From Utricularia gibba (lineage: Eukaryota > Plantae > Magnoliophyta), in NCBI GenBank assembly GCA_002189035.1, contig NEEC01000002.1, positions 3,720,001-3,784,000 on the forward strand: a stretch of DNA of 64,000 nt, written 5' to 3'. The translations under genes and the position numbers were made by a program. Numbering within the stretch: the stretch's first letter is position 1; the number at the start of each line of letters is the position of its first letter. Of the stretch, positions 1-13,379 are shown in pieces. The notes under the pieces were generated by a model that saw nothing but the letters and a program-made list of their open reading frames with translations, searched no databases and was not told where the DNA came from.

Positions 1-660
1 TACCAACAAGCACTTAGGCTTCAACAACCAGGCATCTTTAATTCTTAGCAAGTTTGACCGTCTGGAATTCACTCCCAAAATTTTCCACTGGAAACTGTCA
101 CATTTTTGTAAACTAGATTTTTGTGACGAAAACTTTGAGACTAAAAAAGGAAAAGGTTGGTGGAGGTGCGGTGGGACTTGGGAGTGGGAGGGGCCACCTT
201 TATTTTCTTTGATAAATGGTCAAATAAAACATTTAAAAATAAGTTTTAAATTGTCATATTCTCAAAATTTTTTAAACAAATAATATTCTTATTATTTAGT
301 TTAAAAATAAATCATTAATTCGTGAAATATTCAATATTTCACATTTATTTTTTTATTTTTGTATTTCTATATTTAGCTATAATTTTATTAATATTTTTAA
401 AAATAATGATGAATCCAAAATGATTTATATTTAAATTATATAAAATTTAAAAATTAATAAAATATATACATTGTACTGTTCAATTTAAAAAATATAACGT
501 AATTATCGAGTAAATTTCATGTAATCATTTAAATATGTTTTAAAATTAAATAAAAAAACACATAAATAATTATCATAAATAATTCTTTCAAATAATTTCA
601 GATTTTTTAACCAAAAAAAGTTGATTGGGCATTGCTCAATAATATAATTGATGTTAGATA

Positions 661-1775
661 TGATAATTGATTTTATATCATTTATATTTGTTATTTTGAA
701 TAACTCTTTTATGCCTTTTTATATATCTTTTATTTCAATTTTTCTATGATTTTTAATGAATCTATATTTTATATCAATTTTATTTTTTTAGAGAGATATT
801 ATATTTTGAAATTTTTTAAGACGATTACGATGTAAATTAGAGAAATTAGGATTGATTTTGGTAGAAATAAAGATTGAGCTATCGGTACGAAAACTTACTC
901 AAGGATTTTGGGATAAAAAATATTTGAGTTTTATCTTAAAAAATTTGAATCTATCTTCGAAAATTTGAATCGTGTCTTTGAAAATTTGAATCTTATTTTA
1001 ATTTGAATAGAAAATTTGATACAAACCAATAAAAAAAAACCCAAAAAATCTTCACAATTATATGAGGACACATCAAGTTATTGAGAGTTCCAGAGTCTCT
1101 CAGTTAGTTTATAAATCTAGAATTGAGTCCAACATCTATTTTTCGTTTCTTTTGGTTTTTCAATAGTTTTCTTATGTTAGAGTAGAGCATGTGCATGTAG
1201 GGGGCTTGTAGTTGAGGATTTGTGATGAAGTTTTGCTTGTACAAGTTTTTTTTTACTAACATGCTCTTTAGTAACACAAAATGTTAAGTGAATATGAGAG
1301 ATTCTAGGATTGGTCTCAATTATCTAAAGATAAGAGTTCAATTGGGTATTATTAGTGAGACACATTTGACCTAATCCATCTATGAGGGTGCGAGGTGTAG
1401 GAGTTATGATCAAATGCGAGAAAAACATTGATTATCACAACAGGAAAAATAACTTTGGTATTATGATTGAGTCTATAATCTTATTAAATAAGAAACAATG
1501 TTATAACATTTATCAAATAGTACTATTCTAGAATAACAACCTCAAAACTTATTTAAGCGAATCAGTACTCAAGGTTTATACACATACATATAAGTGAATT
1601 TTAGTAAGGTGGGGCTTAAATTCAAAGAAACTTTTCACATTGTTTCTAAAATCAATCCTCTTATGTTTGGCTCTCTTTGAGTTATTGTTTTAAGAAAATC
1701 CAAATAATCAATTCCTTATGAAGATGATATTATTTATTACTTTACAATTTCTATGTACTTGTTGAATTACCATCA
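661..1775 (+). mobile_element. Old, CpG-depleted solo LTR (family S, Gypsy/Athila-like termini)
   Basis: Starts TGATAATTGATTTTATATCA and ends GAATTACCATCA. Colinear with the LTRs at 17609-18783 and 19139-20262 (e.g. GTTAGAGTAGAGCATGTGCATG...TTGAGGATTTGTGATGAAG; GAGGGTGCGAGGTGTAG). Flanks AGATA/AGTTT match 3 of 5, a decayed TSD. Confidence 0.7.
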
Positions 1776-2563
1776 AGTTTTTGATGTCATTGCTGAAAAA
1801 TTTTATTCTATTGGATTTTCTTTTGTGATTTTGTTTCTTGTTATTACATATTTTTCTGTTATTTACTAAGTTTTTTCTATTTTGTGCACTTGTCTAAGCG
1901 AATACTCTTGATATGTGTTGCATGCATGGGCATAGGATTTCAACTGAACCTTATTCATTAGACCTGGAAATTGACAGGACTTGCTGGAGAATGAGGTTGG
2001 AAAATTGTCAAGCGCACAAGCAATGAAGGAAAACATGTATAGGAGGTATTTTGAACATGAGGATGACTATCTGGTAATGTCTGAACCAAATAGTACACGA
2101 CAATAGATGTCAAGACAACAGCCAAGGAGGGTAATTGGTTTGATCTTCATATGAAAGTGAAACAAGGATAGGAAAAGCTTATGTCCATTGTGAACATGCA
2201 GCTCATACCAAAGGCGTGGTGATAATCTGATCAAGAGTATGCACGGGAACAAAAGTCTACAAGGTTGGAACTTCTATTTAAGTCATAAGTAGAAATTATT
2301 AGATAAGTATATGACAAATAAGTAGTAGTAGTCTGCGCTGTTCATTATTTAACTATAAATTATTTTTAAGTAGTTGGAGGTAAATTATAAATAAGTATAA
2401 GTAAACTGTAAATTATATTAATAACCTTATTTTACATATCAAATATTATACGATTTTTATGTTAACGATAATACATTGAAATGAGAAACCTAACTTGCAA
2501 AAATCTACTACATTACGCTCTTCTTCTATTATAAGTTACCCACAACTCATTTATAATACATTC

Positions 2564-3300
2564 TCATAAAATATTCATGGGTTGGTATGTACTCTCATCC
2601 CCATTTTTTTCTTCAAGATCAACATCATCTTCTAGAACATCCTCTTTGTCTTGGAAGTTTGATAATTGAGAGCCATCATCATTGATGTTAACATGATGCA
2701 ACCAATTATGAATGGTCATTGTGGCTCTAACCATTCTTACTTGATACTTAAATTTCATATTTTTTGATATTGAAACACATCTATCAATAACACTTCGAAG
2801 ACTAGAATGTCAACGGTTAAAACATTCATACTTATTCTTGTAACCTCCCAAAGTACGTTGACGAAAGTCCAGTAGATGATACCTCTCACATCGATATAGT
2901 GCCAAAAAGTTTGTTGTATTCACAAAGCCTACATTAACAACATACTACTTACCTATAGGGATGGTCAGAAAGTTAAGATTTTGCTCATGTTGACAATCTC
3001 TCAAATTCTACCATTATGACTAGTCTTTATAACCAGCCATAAATACTTGAATCACATATCAAAGTCACAAACGATCAAAAAATTTTGAGTGGGATATCCT
3101 TTACATATAGTGAAATACACCTTCTCATTTTCAAGAACACAAGCTTTAATATGCTTATCATCTATAGCTCTGATTCAGTTTCAAAAACATGAATATTTAG
3201 AGTTATTCATGAAAAAAGGATGAACCTATGTGGTGCTTTGGCATAATCCAATCATTTGCCATCCAATCACATGTCTTAAGAATATATATGCTTCTCTAAG
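2564..3300 (-). pseudogene. Decayed PIF/Harbinger DDE transposase (DDE_Tnp_4/HARBI1-like)
   Basis: Minus-strand translation across stops and shifts gives IRAIDDKHIKACVLENEKV...KGYPTQN.LIVCDFDM, GK*YVVNVGFVNTTNFLALYRCERYHLLDF and ..QVRMVRATMTIHNWL. These match the recalled PIF motifs GAIDGTHI, KYYLVDAGY, YRGERYHL and LHNF. Confidence 0.8.
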
Positions 3301-3763
3301 CCATACTTATTTACAAATAACTCACAAAATTTTAAGAAGGTGGTGCTATGTATATGCCATTCACATTATGCTCGACTATCATGTCCATTAAACATCAATA
3401 TTAGAAAAGCCTATCCACTAGTAGCTTGAACATAAATTGTTTGGTTAACCATATATCCTTCATGATAATCTTGAAGAATTTCATTTGATGCATTTGTGTT
3501 ACAGTAAATTTAGCCCTTGGGCATCTCACCACTCCTTCATCATTTAAAAAATCATCATATAGAGGATTGAAGGTAGATGCTATATCAACAACATTAGTAT
3601 TAGAATGTTGAACACATTACTTTTTTTAAAAAAAATGAGTCTCCTATAGATACTAAATATATAATACATGAATAGAACGTTGTATTGCATGTGCTATATT
3701 CATGAACTAACATCTCTAAATTCAACATACTCGACAACCTCATAGTATTTATAAATTCACAAT

Positions 3764-4040
3764 TTGTGTTTTCTTGAATCTTGTGGTTCAATTCAACAAA
3801 TCTCAAAGTGAAAAAACAAGCTTTCAATATTTGTGTTTTCGTGAATCTTGAGGATGAATCTGACAAATCCCAAGGTGAAAAAACAAATTCTCAATGTTTG
3901 TGTTTTCTCAAATCTTGAGGTCCAAACCAACAAATCTCAAGAAGAAATAACAAATTCTCAATGTTTGTGTTTTCTTTAATCTTGATGCTCAATCTGAAAA
4001 ATCTAAAGGTTAAAAACCAAACTCTCAATATTTGTGTTGG
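3764..4040. repeat. Tandem repeat, 4 x 67 bp plus a partial fifth unit
   Basis: Units start at 3764, 3831, 3898, 3965 and 4032 (partial). Consensus is roughly TTGTGTTTTC...AATCTTG...CAAATCTCAA...AAAAACAAATTCTCAATRT; copies are diverged. Confidence 0.85.
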
Positions 4041-4920
4041 ATTTTTTAAAATGCATAAAGATCAATTCGAAACAAAACACTAAGCATTATAGTTAAATAT
4101 CCTAATGAAAAATTAGAAAGACAATGTTCAATGTTCAATTCAAAGCACATTATGCATGTAGAGACACTTTGATGGAGAAATTGTATCAAACCTTATTCAA
4201 TGAATTTGCATCAATTTTTTGAGTTTGTCAAGGACATAAAAACCTCTTGGATATGTCAATATTTGAATAATTTTAAGATGTTCATGTAAGTTTTACTATC
4301 ATTTTGAATGCTAGCAGTGTTGTTAAGAAGAAGAACACACTTCTCAATCTAAAACCTCAAAACTTCTATGTTCGCTATTCCAATCTCTGTGGAAGCATCA
4401 GCCATTACCTCTAAAGACTCTACAATTAGATCATTGCTCTCCTTTTGAAGCTCTATTGCCTTTTGGATTCATCACTAGACTACTACATTGAAACCAAAGT
4501 TGTCTTCTTTGAATATAGAGAGTCTCAGGTGGGGTGGGCATCATTTTGAATGCTTGAAAAAATTCATGTGCATCTAATATATCTTTGGGTGAAAGTATAT
4601 CGTCCATTGGCCTAGATGGCTCTATCAAAAAGACGAATATTTGTGGCTGGTGCATATCACTTAACATCATAGTGTATAACTAGATCAAATAATAAGCCAA
4701 TAACTTTGGACGTGAAGATGTTTTATCATCGAACTTTTTGAAAGTAGGATTTTCATAAAAGAAAGCGCAAAGGACAAGTTTGATATTGGAAGAAAAAAAT
4801 AACAGATGCTCATAAAAATTCATTTCAAGTGGAGAAAACATACATAAATTTTATTAGCCCACCATTGTGCATTCATATTTATAATCTCATGAGATAATTA
4901 CATATATGAGCTAAAAATTA

Positions 4921-5245
4921 TGGGTTTAGAATATAACGGACCTAGAAATTTTCATAACGGGACATAACGGACCCATAAAGTTTCGGGAATGGGCATATTT
5001 GACCCATAAGTTTCATGAATTGACATATTTGACCTATGGATTTTTGTTACTGTAGAACACACCCATTTAATAATGATAAATTTAACTCGATAAAATTTCA
5101 ATTTTGGCATATTTGACCCAAATATTTTACCGGTTTGGCATATTTGATCTACATAATTGAACCCAGTTCAATAATAGTAATATTTTATTAATATATATTT
5201 AATTATTAAAATATTTAAAATTTTGTACTTTTGATATTTGACCTT
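4921..5245. repeat. Cluster of short direct repeats (CATATTTGACC / ATAACGGACC) resembling a MULE terminal region
   Basis: (GG)CATATTTGA(CC) recurs about five times between ~4990 and ~5245, and ATAACGGACC recurs at ~4932-4972. No partner inverted end was found in the window. Confidence 0.4.
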
Positions 5246-5834
5246 AAATAGAATTGGGGATGAGCCTCTTCTCTTCCTACGGGTGAAGGCAAACTACCGA
5301 GAGATTAGGAGAAGTGATTCCCACACAACAGAAAGGTGTGAAGTTGCTCTTGATCATCATTCTCTTAAGGTATGGCTTTTGTGATTTTTTTTGCTTCATT
5401 GCGTTATTGCATTTGTTTCTTGTTCACCTGGTTGCTATTGATGAACTTTTGTGCAAAAAATCTGTTTGTTTGTGAATGATAGTTTTCCTTGGCATCAGTG
5501 ATGCTGAACAATTCTGTTGATATTTATGATTTGTAGTTTTGATAGTTTTATGGTTGTATATCTCTCTGCATTGTGTGAAGTGGGACATTTTCGTGCATGT
5601 TGATATTCAAATAAAGCATCGTTTGCTCTCTACCTTAGTGAGACTAGACCTATGACGTGTTGACGTGATGTTATAAATGCAAGTATTAGAGCAGCACCAC
5701 TGCCATTTAAGTTGATAAATATGATAATAATCAACTGCTTATGTAGATTGTTTTGCTTCAGATGACTAGCTGGACATGCATGTTATGCAGTGGGTCCTGT
5801 TTTTTATGCTAACTTAGCGGTAGCATAGCTGGGT

Positions 5835-7023
5835 CAATAACCTTCTCAAGTCTCTTGAATGCTGGTCGAATTTCTCAGGTGCTAGTAGAGAAAAACGCCT
5901 CCTGATATTTATATGTTCCAAATCTTATCTATATATGATCTTTTATTTTGAGTTTAATCAATATTAATCTCAAAATAACTCTCAATTTAATTTATCCACT
6001 TTACCAATTACATCTCATGTAATTGTGTCATTCTATTTTATATCATTGAGTGACTCCACTATTGTGTGTGACCCTATAGGCTTCTTCAATCAAGGCCGTA
6101 ATAATGGATTTATTAATTAACTCTTAATTAATCAAATCTATCATTATCGATCATGAGTGATGTCTAGCAACATATCATGATCCCCAAGATTAAAGAATAA
6201 TCAGGTGAATTGATTGAGCCTTTCCATGACCAGCCACCATGCAATGAACAACTTTCATCATACTTATATCTCATTCGATACTAGAACATGGGTGTGTGTC
6301 TTTCTGATGTATCGAACTTATAATTGCATTCAAGCACTAACACTCAATGACCTACTCAAACGATTCAAGTGTCATTACCCTGGGCCCAGGACTTACTGTT
6401 AGGCTTTGATGCAATTACTTGAGATATGATCTCATCGCTAACATGAGTGATGAATCCTTTATTGATCAATCAACTATCTCCAACCTTAAAGAGTCACATC
6501 CCTACTCATCCATACTAGGCAAGCCATGGTTAGGCTCTAATTAGTAATGAGCGAAAATGTGAGCTTAAGATCAAGATAACTTTGTTGATCTCAAGTCTAA
6601 GCTTACTTGCACGGCTGTCATATTCGAGATCTTGCTACTGACACTTGGTTAGCTTCCCATAGTAGCATCTCGAAGATAAGTCATCCAGTGAATCGATTCT
6701 CTAATCGATACCCACACATAGGTTCTAGTAATCTCATTACATCAATTGTGAGAACCATTGCCTAAACAATTTAGGGAACTCAATGTGTGCCAGCTTATCC
6801 GTATTTGTGATATCCTCATTTCACAAATACTCTTGCTAGGGAGTTTTTAACTTGATCATGAGTGCTTGAAGAATCTCATATTATGATCTCATCATAATTT
6901 CTATAGCACATAGATCAAGTAGAGGATTTTATCAATGATATAAATTTGATCACAATTCAAAGTAAATATCATAAGATAAGATTTGTCAATGAGTTGATTG
7001 TGTGTAGAACACATACACTAACA
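5835..7023 (-). mobile_element. Copia BARE-1/Angela-like LTR, U5 end truncated
   Basis: Reverse complement of the 10538-11786 LTR. Right end CACATACACTAACA abuts Athila gag at 7024. The left end stops ~200 bp short of the family terminus and has an internal deletion near 5902. Confidence 0.85.
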
Positions 7024-10000
7024 GCTAACTGTTTGAGGGCATTCCAATTTACACTAGAAGGAAGTGCAAAAATGTGGTTTAACACTTTGGAGCTTGGAAG
7101 TATCATAGATTGGAGTGGGATGAAGAAAGTATTTCTTAGTAAATACTTTTATGATGGACTTCTATGCACGGATAGAGTCATGGTGGATTCTGTTGTAGGT
7201 GGGTTTCTAAGAAAAAGACTCCCATGGAAGCTCTTGCATTGCTTAAGGAGTTGGCTGAGCACTCCAAACATATTATCAGAAAACAGGTCTTGAACAGAAG
7301 AATTTATGAGCTGGAATGCAAGCCAAAGTCATCAGAAAGTGTGCTGACAAAAAATGTGGCTGCCATGTCTAAGTTGATGAAGTAGTTATTTTTATTCAAA
7401 GCTAAGAATATGTCTTGCGGGAACTTTCACACAATGGGACACATTGCTGATAAATGTCCCGAATTAATGGAGGAAGAGCATGTGAAAGCAGTGGGATATC
7501 TGAAGTCACAAAGGAAGAAATATGATCCCTATTCGAACACCTACAATCCTGGATGGAGGGATCATCCAAATTTCAGAGGGAACAATAATGATAATTCTTA
7601 CAAGGGTGAGAGTTCATCTGCTGGAAAGCAAGGATTTCAGCAAAATTTCCAAGAGAAGTAGCAACGTTCTTATCAAGCTCCACCATTTTGCAAGCCAAAC
7701 CAGCAAATGTAACAGCAATTTCAGCCTCCAAACCAAAATAATTTAGGAGGAAATTCTGGAAGTTCATTGGAGGATATTTTGAAGACTTTCATGACCTAAT
7801 CAATCAAGAATCAAGCTGAGAACCAACAAGTTATCAATCTAGCAACAGAGGTTGGCGAATTGAAGCGAAAAGGAAGCCTACCATCGCAAGCCAAACAGAA
7901 TCCCAACTCTAGGGGAGGACCAAATATCAGTGCAATGACACTGAGAAGCGGAAAAGAAAAGCCTGGAAGAGAATTAGTCCAACCTAAGAGTAATTTAGAG
8001 ACGGGAGAAGAGAATGAAGTTGAGGTGGAAGGAGATGGTGAAGAACAGGAGGTGGAGATTGGTACAGAGCCTCTTGTGGTAAAAGTAACCCCACCACAAT
8101 TTTCAGGAAGGCTGAAAGCGAGAGAGGAGCAAAATGAGAAAGAAAAAATGTTGAGAGCTTTAGGTAATACCCAATTGAACTTGACTCTTCTTGAGTACAT
8201 TGACTTAGTGCCCAAAAGCGTGAAGTACCTGAAGCAACTCTGTATGTCAAAGCCAAAATTGAAGGAAAAAGGCAAGGTGAAGCTGAGTGAATGTTGTTCA
8301 ACTCTTTTGACTTGAAAGTTGCCTGAAAAATACAAGGACCCTGGAACATTTTTTATTCCTTGCAAAATAGGTGACCTGAACATCAGGAGAGCAATGGCTG
8401 ACCTGGGAGCCTCCATAAACGTGATGTCATTTTATGTGTATGAGACTCTCAGGTTAGGACCTCTACAAACCTCAGTAGTGCAAATTGAGCTTGCTGACCG
8501 AAGAGTAATTTCTCCAAAAGGCTTGGTTGAAGATGTTTTGGTAAAGATTGAGCAGCTAGTGTTTCCAAAAGACTTTTATGTGGTGAATATGCCTGCTGAA
8601 AGTTAAAGAGATACGACCGTCATCCTTGGAAGGCTATTTTTGAGCACTTCTAACGCCATAATTAATGTGAAGATGGGCACATATGAGTTATCTTTTGATG
8701 AAGGAAAGATCATGCTGGACATGAACGAAGTGAACAATTATCCCAGTGATTTTGAGAGTGTATGCTCAATGGACGTGATGGATAAGTTGGTTTAGAAGCA
8801 TCTTGAGAAGGCTATCCAAGAGAAGGAAGAAGAGCATGAGGAATCATTTTTTTGCAAGAGTGGAAGCTGAAAAGGGGTCAGAACAGGTGAATACTATGCA
8901 AGTCAAAACCCTAGAAGAGAGGACAGTTGAGTTGAAGCCACTGCCCACAAACTTGAAGTACGCATTCTTGGATAAAGAAATGAGCAACCCTGTTATCATC
9001 TCAAATAGTCTTAGCTTAGACCAAGAGTCGCAACTACTGGACATGTTGATCAAGAACAAGAAGGCGATTGGCTGGACTCTTGCATATATTGAAGGCATCT
9101 CTCCTTCTATATGTTTGCATAGGATTCTATTAGAAGATGGAGCAAAACCTGTTCGCCAGCCACAAAGGCGCCTCAACCCAAATATGATGGAAGTGGTAAA
9201 GAAGGAAATTGTCAAACTTCATGATGCAAGTATTATCTATTCCATTACATATAGCAAATGGGTGAGTCCAATCCATGTAGTGCCCAAGAAGACTGATATG
9301 ACAGTGGTAGAGAACGAGAAGGGAGAGCTGGTGCCACAAGGAATCTAAAATGGGTGGAGAGTGTGCATAGATTATAGGAAATTGAATGAAGTGATCAAGA
9401 AAGGCCATTACCCTTTACCTTTCATTGATCAAATGATCGAAAAATTAACAGGAAAATCTTTTTATTATTTCTTAGATGGTTATTCTAGATATTACCAAGT
9501 TGCAATTTCAGGTACGGATCAAGACAATACAACTTTCATTTGTCCATTTGGGACTTATGCCTATACAAGGATGCCCTTTGGGTTGTGCAACGCCCCTGCT
9601 ACCTTCCAAATTTTTATGACTAGTATCTTCTCAAATTTTGGTGAGGATTTCATAGAAATTTTTATGGACGATTTTACAAGGTATCGAGAAGATTATGAGT
9701 CATGTCTAGACCATTTGGATTAGGTTTTGCGAAAATGTGTTGAAAAAAATCTTGTTCTTAATTCTGAAAAATGTCATTCTATGGTTGATCATGGAATTGT
9801 GCTTGGCCATGTTATTTCTAGGAAAGGTGTTGAGGTAGACAAGGCAAAAATCGAAATTATGATTGAATTACCGTATCCTATTGATGTCAAGGGTGTGAGA
9901 TCATTTCTGGGGCATGTTGGTTTTTATAGAAGATTTATTCGGAATTTTTCTTAGATTGCCTTGCCTCTTATTAGATTTTTGCATAATGATGTGGAATTTA

Positions 10001-13000
10001 TTTTTGATGATTCATGCAAAAATGCTTTTAATTTCTTGAACTAGGCTATGACCACTGCTCCTGTGATGCAACCACCAGACTAGAGGTATGATTTCGAAAT
10101 TATGTGTGATGCTATTAGTCATGCTGTAGGAGCAGTTTTAGGATAGAAAATTGAAGGAAAGCATCATGTTATTTCTTATGCTTGAAAAACTTTAGATGAT
10201 GCCCAGAAAAACTATACTGTGACTGAAAGGGAATTTTTGGCTGTGATTTTTGCTTTGGAGAAATTTCGTTCAATCTTTTAGGGAGCAAGGTGGTAGTCTA
10301 CACAGACCATTCAGCAGCAAAATTCTTGATGGAGAAGAAGGAGACCAAACCACGGTTGATCAGATGGGTTCTCCTTGTTCAGGAGTTTGATTTGGAAATT
10401 AAAGACAGGTCTGGAAAGGAGAACATGGTCACTGACCATCTCAGCAAAATGAAGGGGATTAAGAATGACAATCCTATCATTGAAACATTCCCAGATGAAC
10501 AATTATTCTTAGTTAGGACTAATATTCGTGAACCGTGTGTTAGTGTGTGTGTTCTAGAGACAATCAACTCATTGGCAAATCTTATCTTTTGATATTTACT
10601 TTGAATTGTGATCGAATTTATATCATTGATAAAATCCTCTACTTGATCTATGTGCTATAGAAATTATGATAAGATCATAATGTGAGATTCTTCAAGCACT
10701 CATGATCAAGTTAAAAAACTCCCTAGCAAGAGTATTTGTGAAATGAGGATATCACAAATACGGATAAGCTGGCACACATTGAGTTCCCTAAATTGTTTAG
10801 GCAATGGTTCTCACAATTGATGTAATGAGATTACTAGAACCTATGTGTGGGTGTCGATTAGAGAATCGATTCACTGGATGACTCATCTTCGAGATGCTAC
10901 TATGGGAAGCTAACCAAGTGTCAGTAGCAAGATCTCGAATATGACAGCCGTGCAAGTAAGCTTAGACTGTAGATCAACAAAGTTATGTTGATCTTAAGCT
11001 CACATTTTCACTCATTACTAATTGGAGCCTAACCATGGCTTGCCTAGTATGATGAAAGCTGTTCATTGCATGGTGGCTGGTCATGGAAAGGCTCAATCAG
11101 TTCACCTGATTATTCTTACATCTTGGGGATCATGATATGTTGCTAGACATCACTCATGATCGATAATGATGGATTTGATTAATTAAGAGTTAATTAATAA
11201 ATCCATTATTACGGCCTTGATTGAAGAAGACTATAGGGCCATACACAATAGTGGAGTCACTCAACGATATAAAATAGAATGACACAATTACATGAGATGT
11301 AATTGGTAATGTGGATAAATTAAATTAAGAGTTATTTTGAGATTAATATTGATTAAACTCAAAATAAAAGATCATATATAGATAAGATTTGGAACATATA
11401 AATATCTCCACAAGATAACATCTTTACGGAGATATGATTTGATATGTTACCATATATCTATCAAAAATATTTAGATCTTGAGATCTGCTCCATGGGTCTT
11501 CATGCTCTCTGAGACTAATCCACAAGGGGGCGTTTTTCTCTACTAGCACCTGAGGAATTCGACCAGCATTCAAGAGCCTTGAGAAGGTTATCGACGGAGT
11601 GCTCCACGTGTGAATACCATAGAGGCCGTCTCCTATTGGCGGTTGGTGAACAACGGGTCATCTAAAAGGTATTTCAGCATCCCTTAGTCTGATGTATACC
11701 GTATTCCAAGATCTGCGTTGGGGGTTTCTCAAAATTTTAAAATTCCGCTGCTTTTGAGACATACGATGTCTATGAGAAACCCAACACCGTGGTTTGCTGA
11801 CTTCGCTAACTTTGTTTCAGCAGAAGTGATGCCACTAGGGATTGATTATCACGCGAAGAACAAACTGAAGAGTGACGCCAAATATTATATTTGGGATGAT
11901 CCCTACCTTTGGAAGAGATGCAATGATGGCTTCATTCGAAGGTGTGTTCATGAATTTGAGATTCCTAAGATTATCAATTCTTGTCATGGAAGACCTTTTG
12001 GTGGCCATCATGGACCAAACCGTACAGCCAGAAAAATTTTTGACTGCAGATTCTACTGACCTCACATCTTCAGAGACTGTTATGCTTATTGCAAAGGTTA
12101 TGAGCCATGCCAAAGAGTGGGAAATTTATTCAATAGGGACGAAATGCCTCAGCAAGGAATCCTGGTATGTGAATTATTTTATGTGTGGAGCATTGATTTT
12201 ATGGGGCAATTTCCACTTCTACAGGCTACAACTAAATTTTAGTGGCCATTGATTACGTCTCAAAGTGGATTGAAGTCATTCTTACAAGGACAGATGATGC
12301 AAAGACAGTGATAAATTTTCTGCGTAACCACATTTTTGTGCAGTATGGGACGCCCAAGGCGCTGATCAGTGATAGAGGTACACACTTTTATAATCAGGCC
12401 TTGAGGAGTGTCTTGAAGCAGCTCAACGTTTGGTACAAGTCATCAACAGCATACCATCCATAAACAAATGGCCAAATGGAAGTATCGAATAGGGAGAGTA
12501 AACAAATTTTGGAGAAAGTGGTGAACCCGAACAGGGAGGACTATAGTCTGAGACTAAGGGATGCTTTGTGAGCAATTCGAACAACATATAAAACACCAAT
12601 TGGGACTTCTCTACTCAGGTTAGTTTATGGAAAACCTTGCAGGTTACCTGCTGTGTTAAAGCTTAAGGCTTGGTGGGCAGTGAAGACGCTGAACCTTGAT
12701 GAAAGTTTTAGTGCAACTCAAAGAAAGTTGCAACTTTCAGAACTGGAAGAGCTGAGAAATGATGGCTACGAAAGCTCAAAATTATTCAAAGCTAGGACTA
12801 AAAGTTACCACGACAAGCATATTTCCAGGAGGCCCTTTGAAGTTGGTCAGAAAGTTTTGCTGTTTCAATCTAGGTTGAAGTTACACCCAAGGAAACTCAA
12901 ATCTCGTTCGATTGGACCATTTGTAGTGAACGAAGTTTTCCCAGTGGAGGTTTATGATGGAGAAACTAATGCAAGTTTTATTGTGAATGGACATAGGTTG

Positions 13001-13081
13001 AAGATTTTTTATGAAAATTTTCAAGACAGGATGGCTGAAGAAGTTGAAGTTCTTGTCGTAAGGGACACAGAAATAACGTAG
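7024..13081 (+). pseudogene. Degenerate gag-pol of element A (interrupted by a Copia solo LTR at 10538-11786)
   Basis: LRAFQFTLEGSAKMWF (gag); CGNFHTMGHIADKC (zinc knuckle); AMADLGASINVM (protease); WVSPIHVVPKK, CIDYRKLN, RMPFGLCNAPATFQ, EIFMDDF (RT); VVYTDHSA (RNase H); HGRPFGGHHG, AIDYVSKWIE, ISDRGTHF (integrase). Many stops and frameshifts. Confidence 0.92.
10538..11786 (+). mobile_element. Copia BARE-1/Angela-like solo LTR with TSD CCGTG
   Basis: Runs TGTTAGTGTGTGTGTTCTAGAGACAATC...AAATTCCGCTGC...CCCAACA. CCGTG lies at 10533-10537 and 11787-11791. It splits the Athila pol codons REP|WFADFANF. Orientation was assigned by resemblance to the recalled BARE-1 LTR start (TGTTGG...CCCTAGAGGCAAT). 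Confidence 0.92.
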
Positions 13082-13379
13082 AACTTGCTGAAAGTCTAGT
13101 CCAAAACTGAAAACAGGGACGGTCTTGGGAGGCAACCCAAGTTTAATTTCTATTAGTTTTATTTTCCTGTCATTTTACTTTCGCACTTTTAGACTTAGCT
13201 AGGAGTTATTTTGGAGAGTTTTTGTTGTATTCCTGTTGCAAAATGGGGAATTAATCTGCGGTTACATGCAAGATAAGTACAGGGTTATGGTTAATTTTCA
13301 GGCAAATTCCATTGCAATGTTCATTTGTTTCAAACTTTTCATTTTGCTCTTGGGAATTGCAGAAAGATTATCTCACAAG

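Noticed and set aside
1-230. Possible 5' end of a minus-strand gene at the window edge
   Set aside because: Slightly GC-richer and promoter-like, but there is no recognisable ORF or splice pattern in the visible part.
1950-2330. Myb/SANT-like ORF1 partner of the PIF transposase
   Set aside because: The position is plausible but no diagnostic motif could be read; too decayed to call.
3764-4040. CRISPR-like array
   Set aside because: The units are contiguous with no unique spacers, and the context is a plant genome with spliceosomal genes.
6214-6402. Near-identical 62-aa ORFs at 6214-6402 and 39484-39672 as a duplicated small gene
   Set aside because: Both lie at the same position inside copies of the Angela-like LTR; the similarity is just LTR homology.
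7811-8416. Long ORFs antisense to gag-pol or env-like regions (e.g. 7811-8416, 41968-42468, 60934-61350, 30661-31143)
   Set aside because: They are shadow frames of recognisable TE coding sequence, with low-complexity S/F-rich translations.
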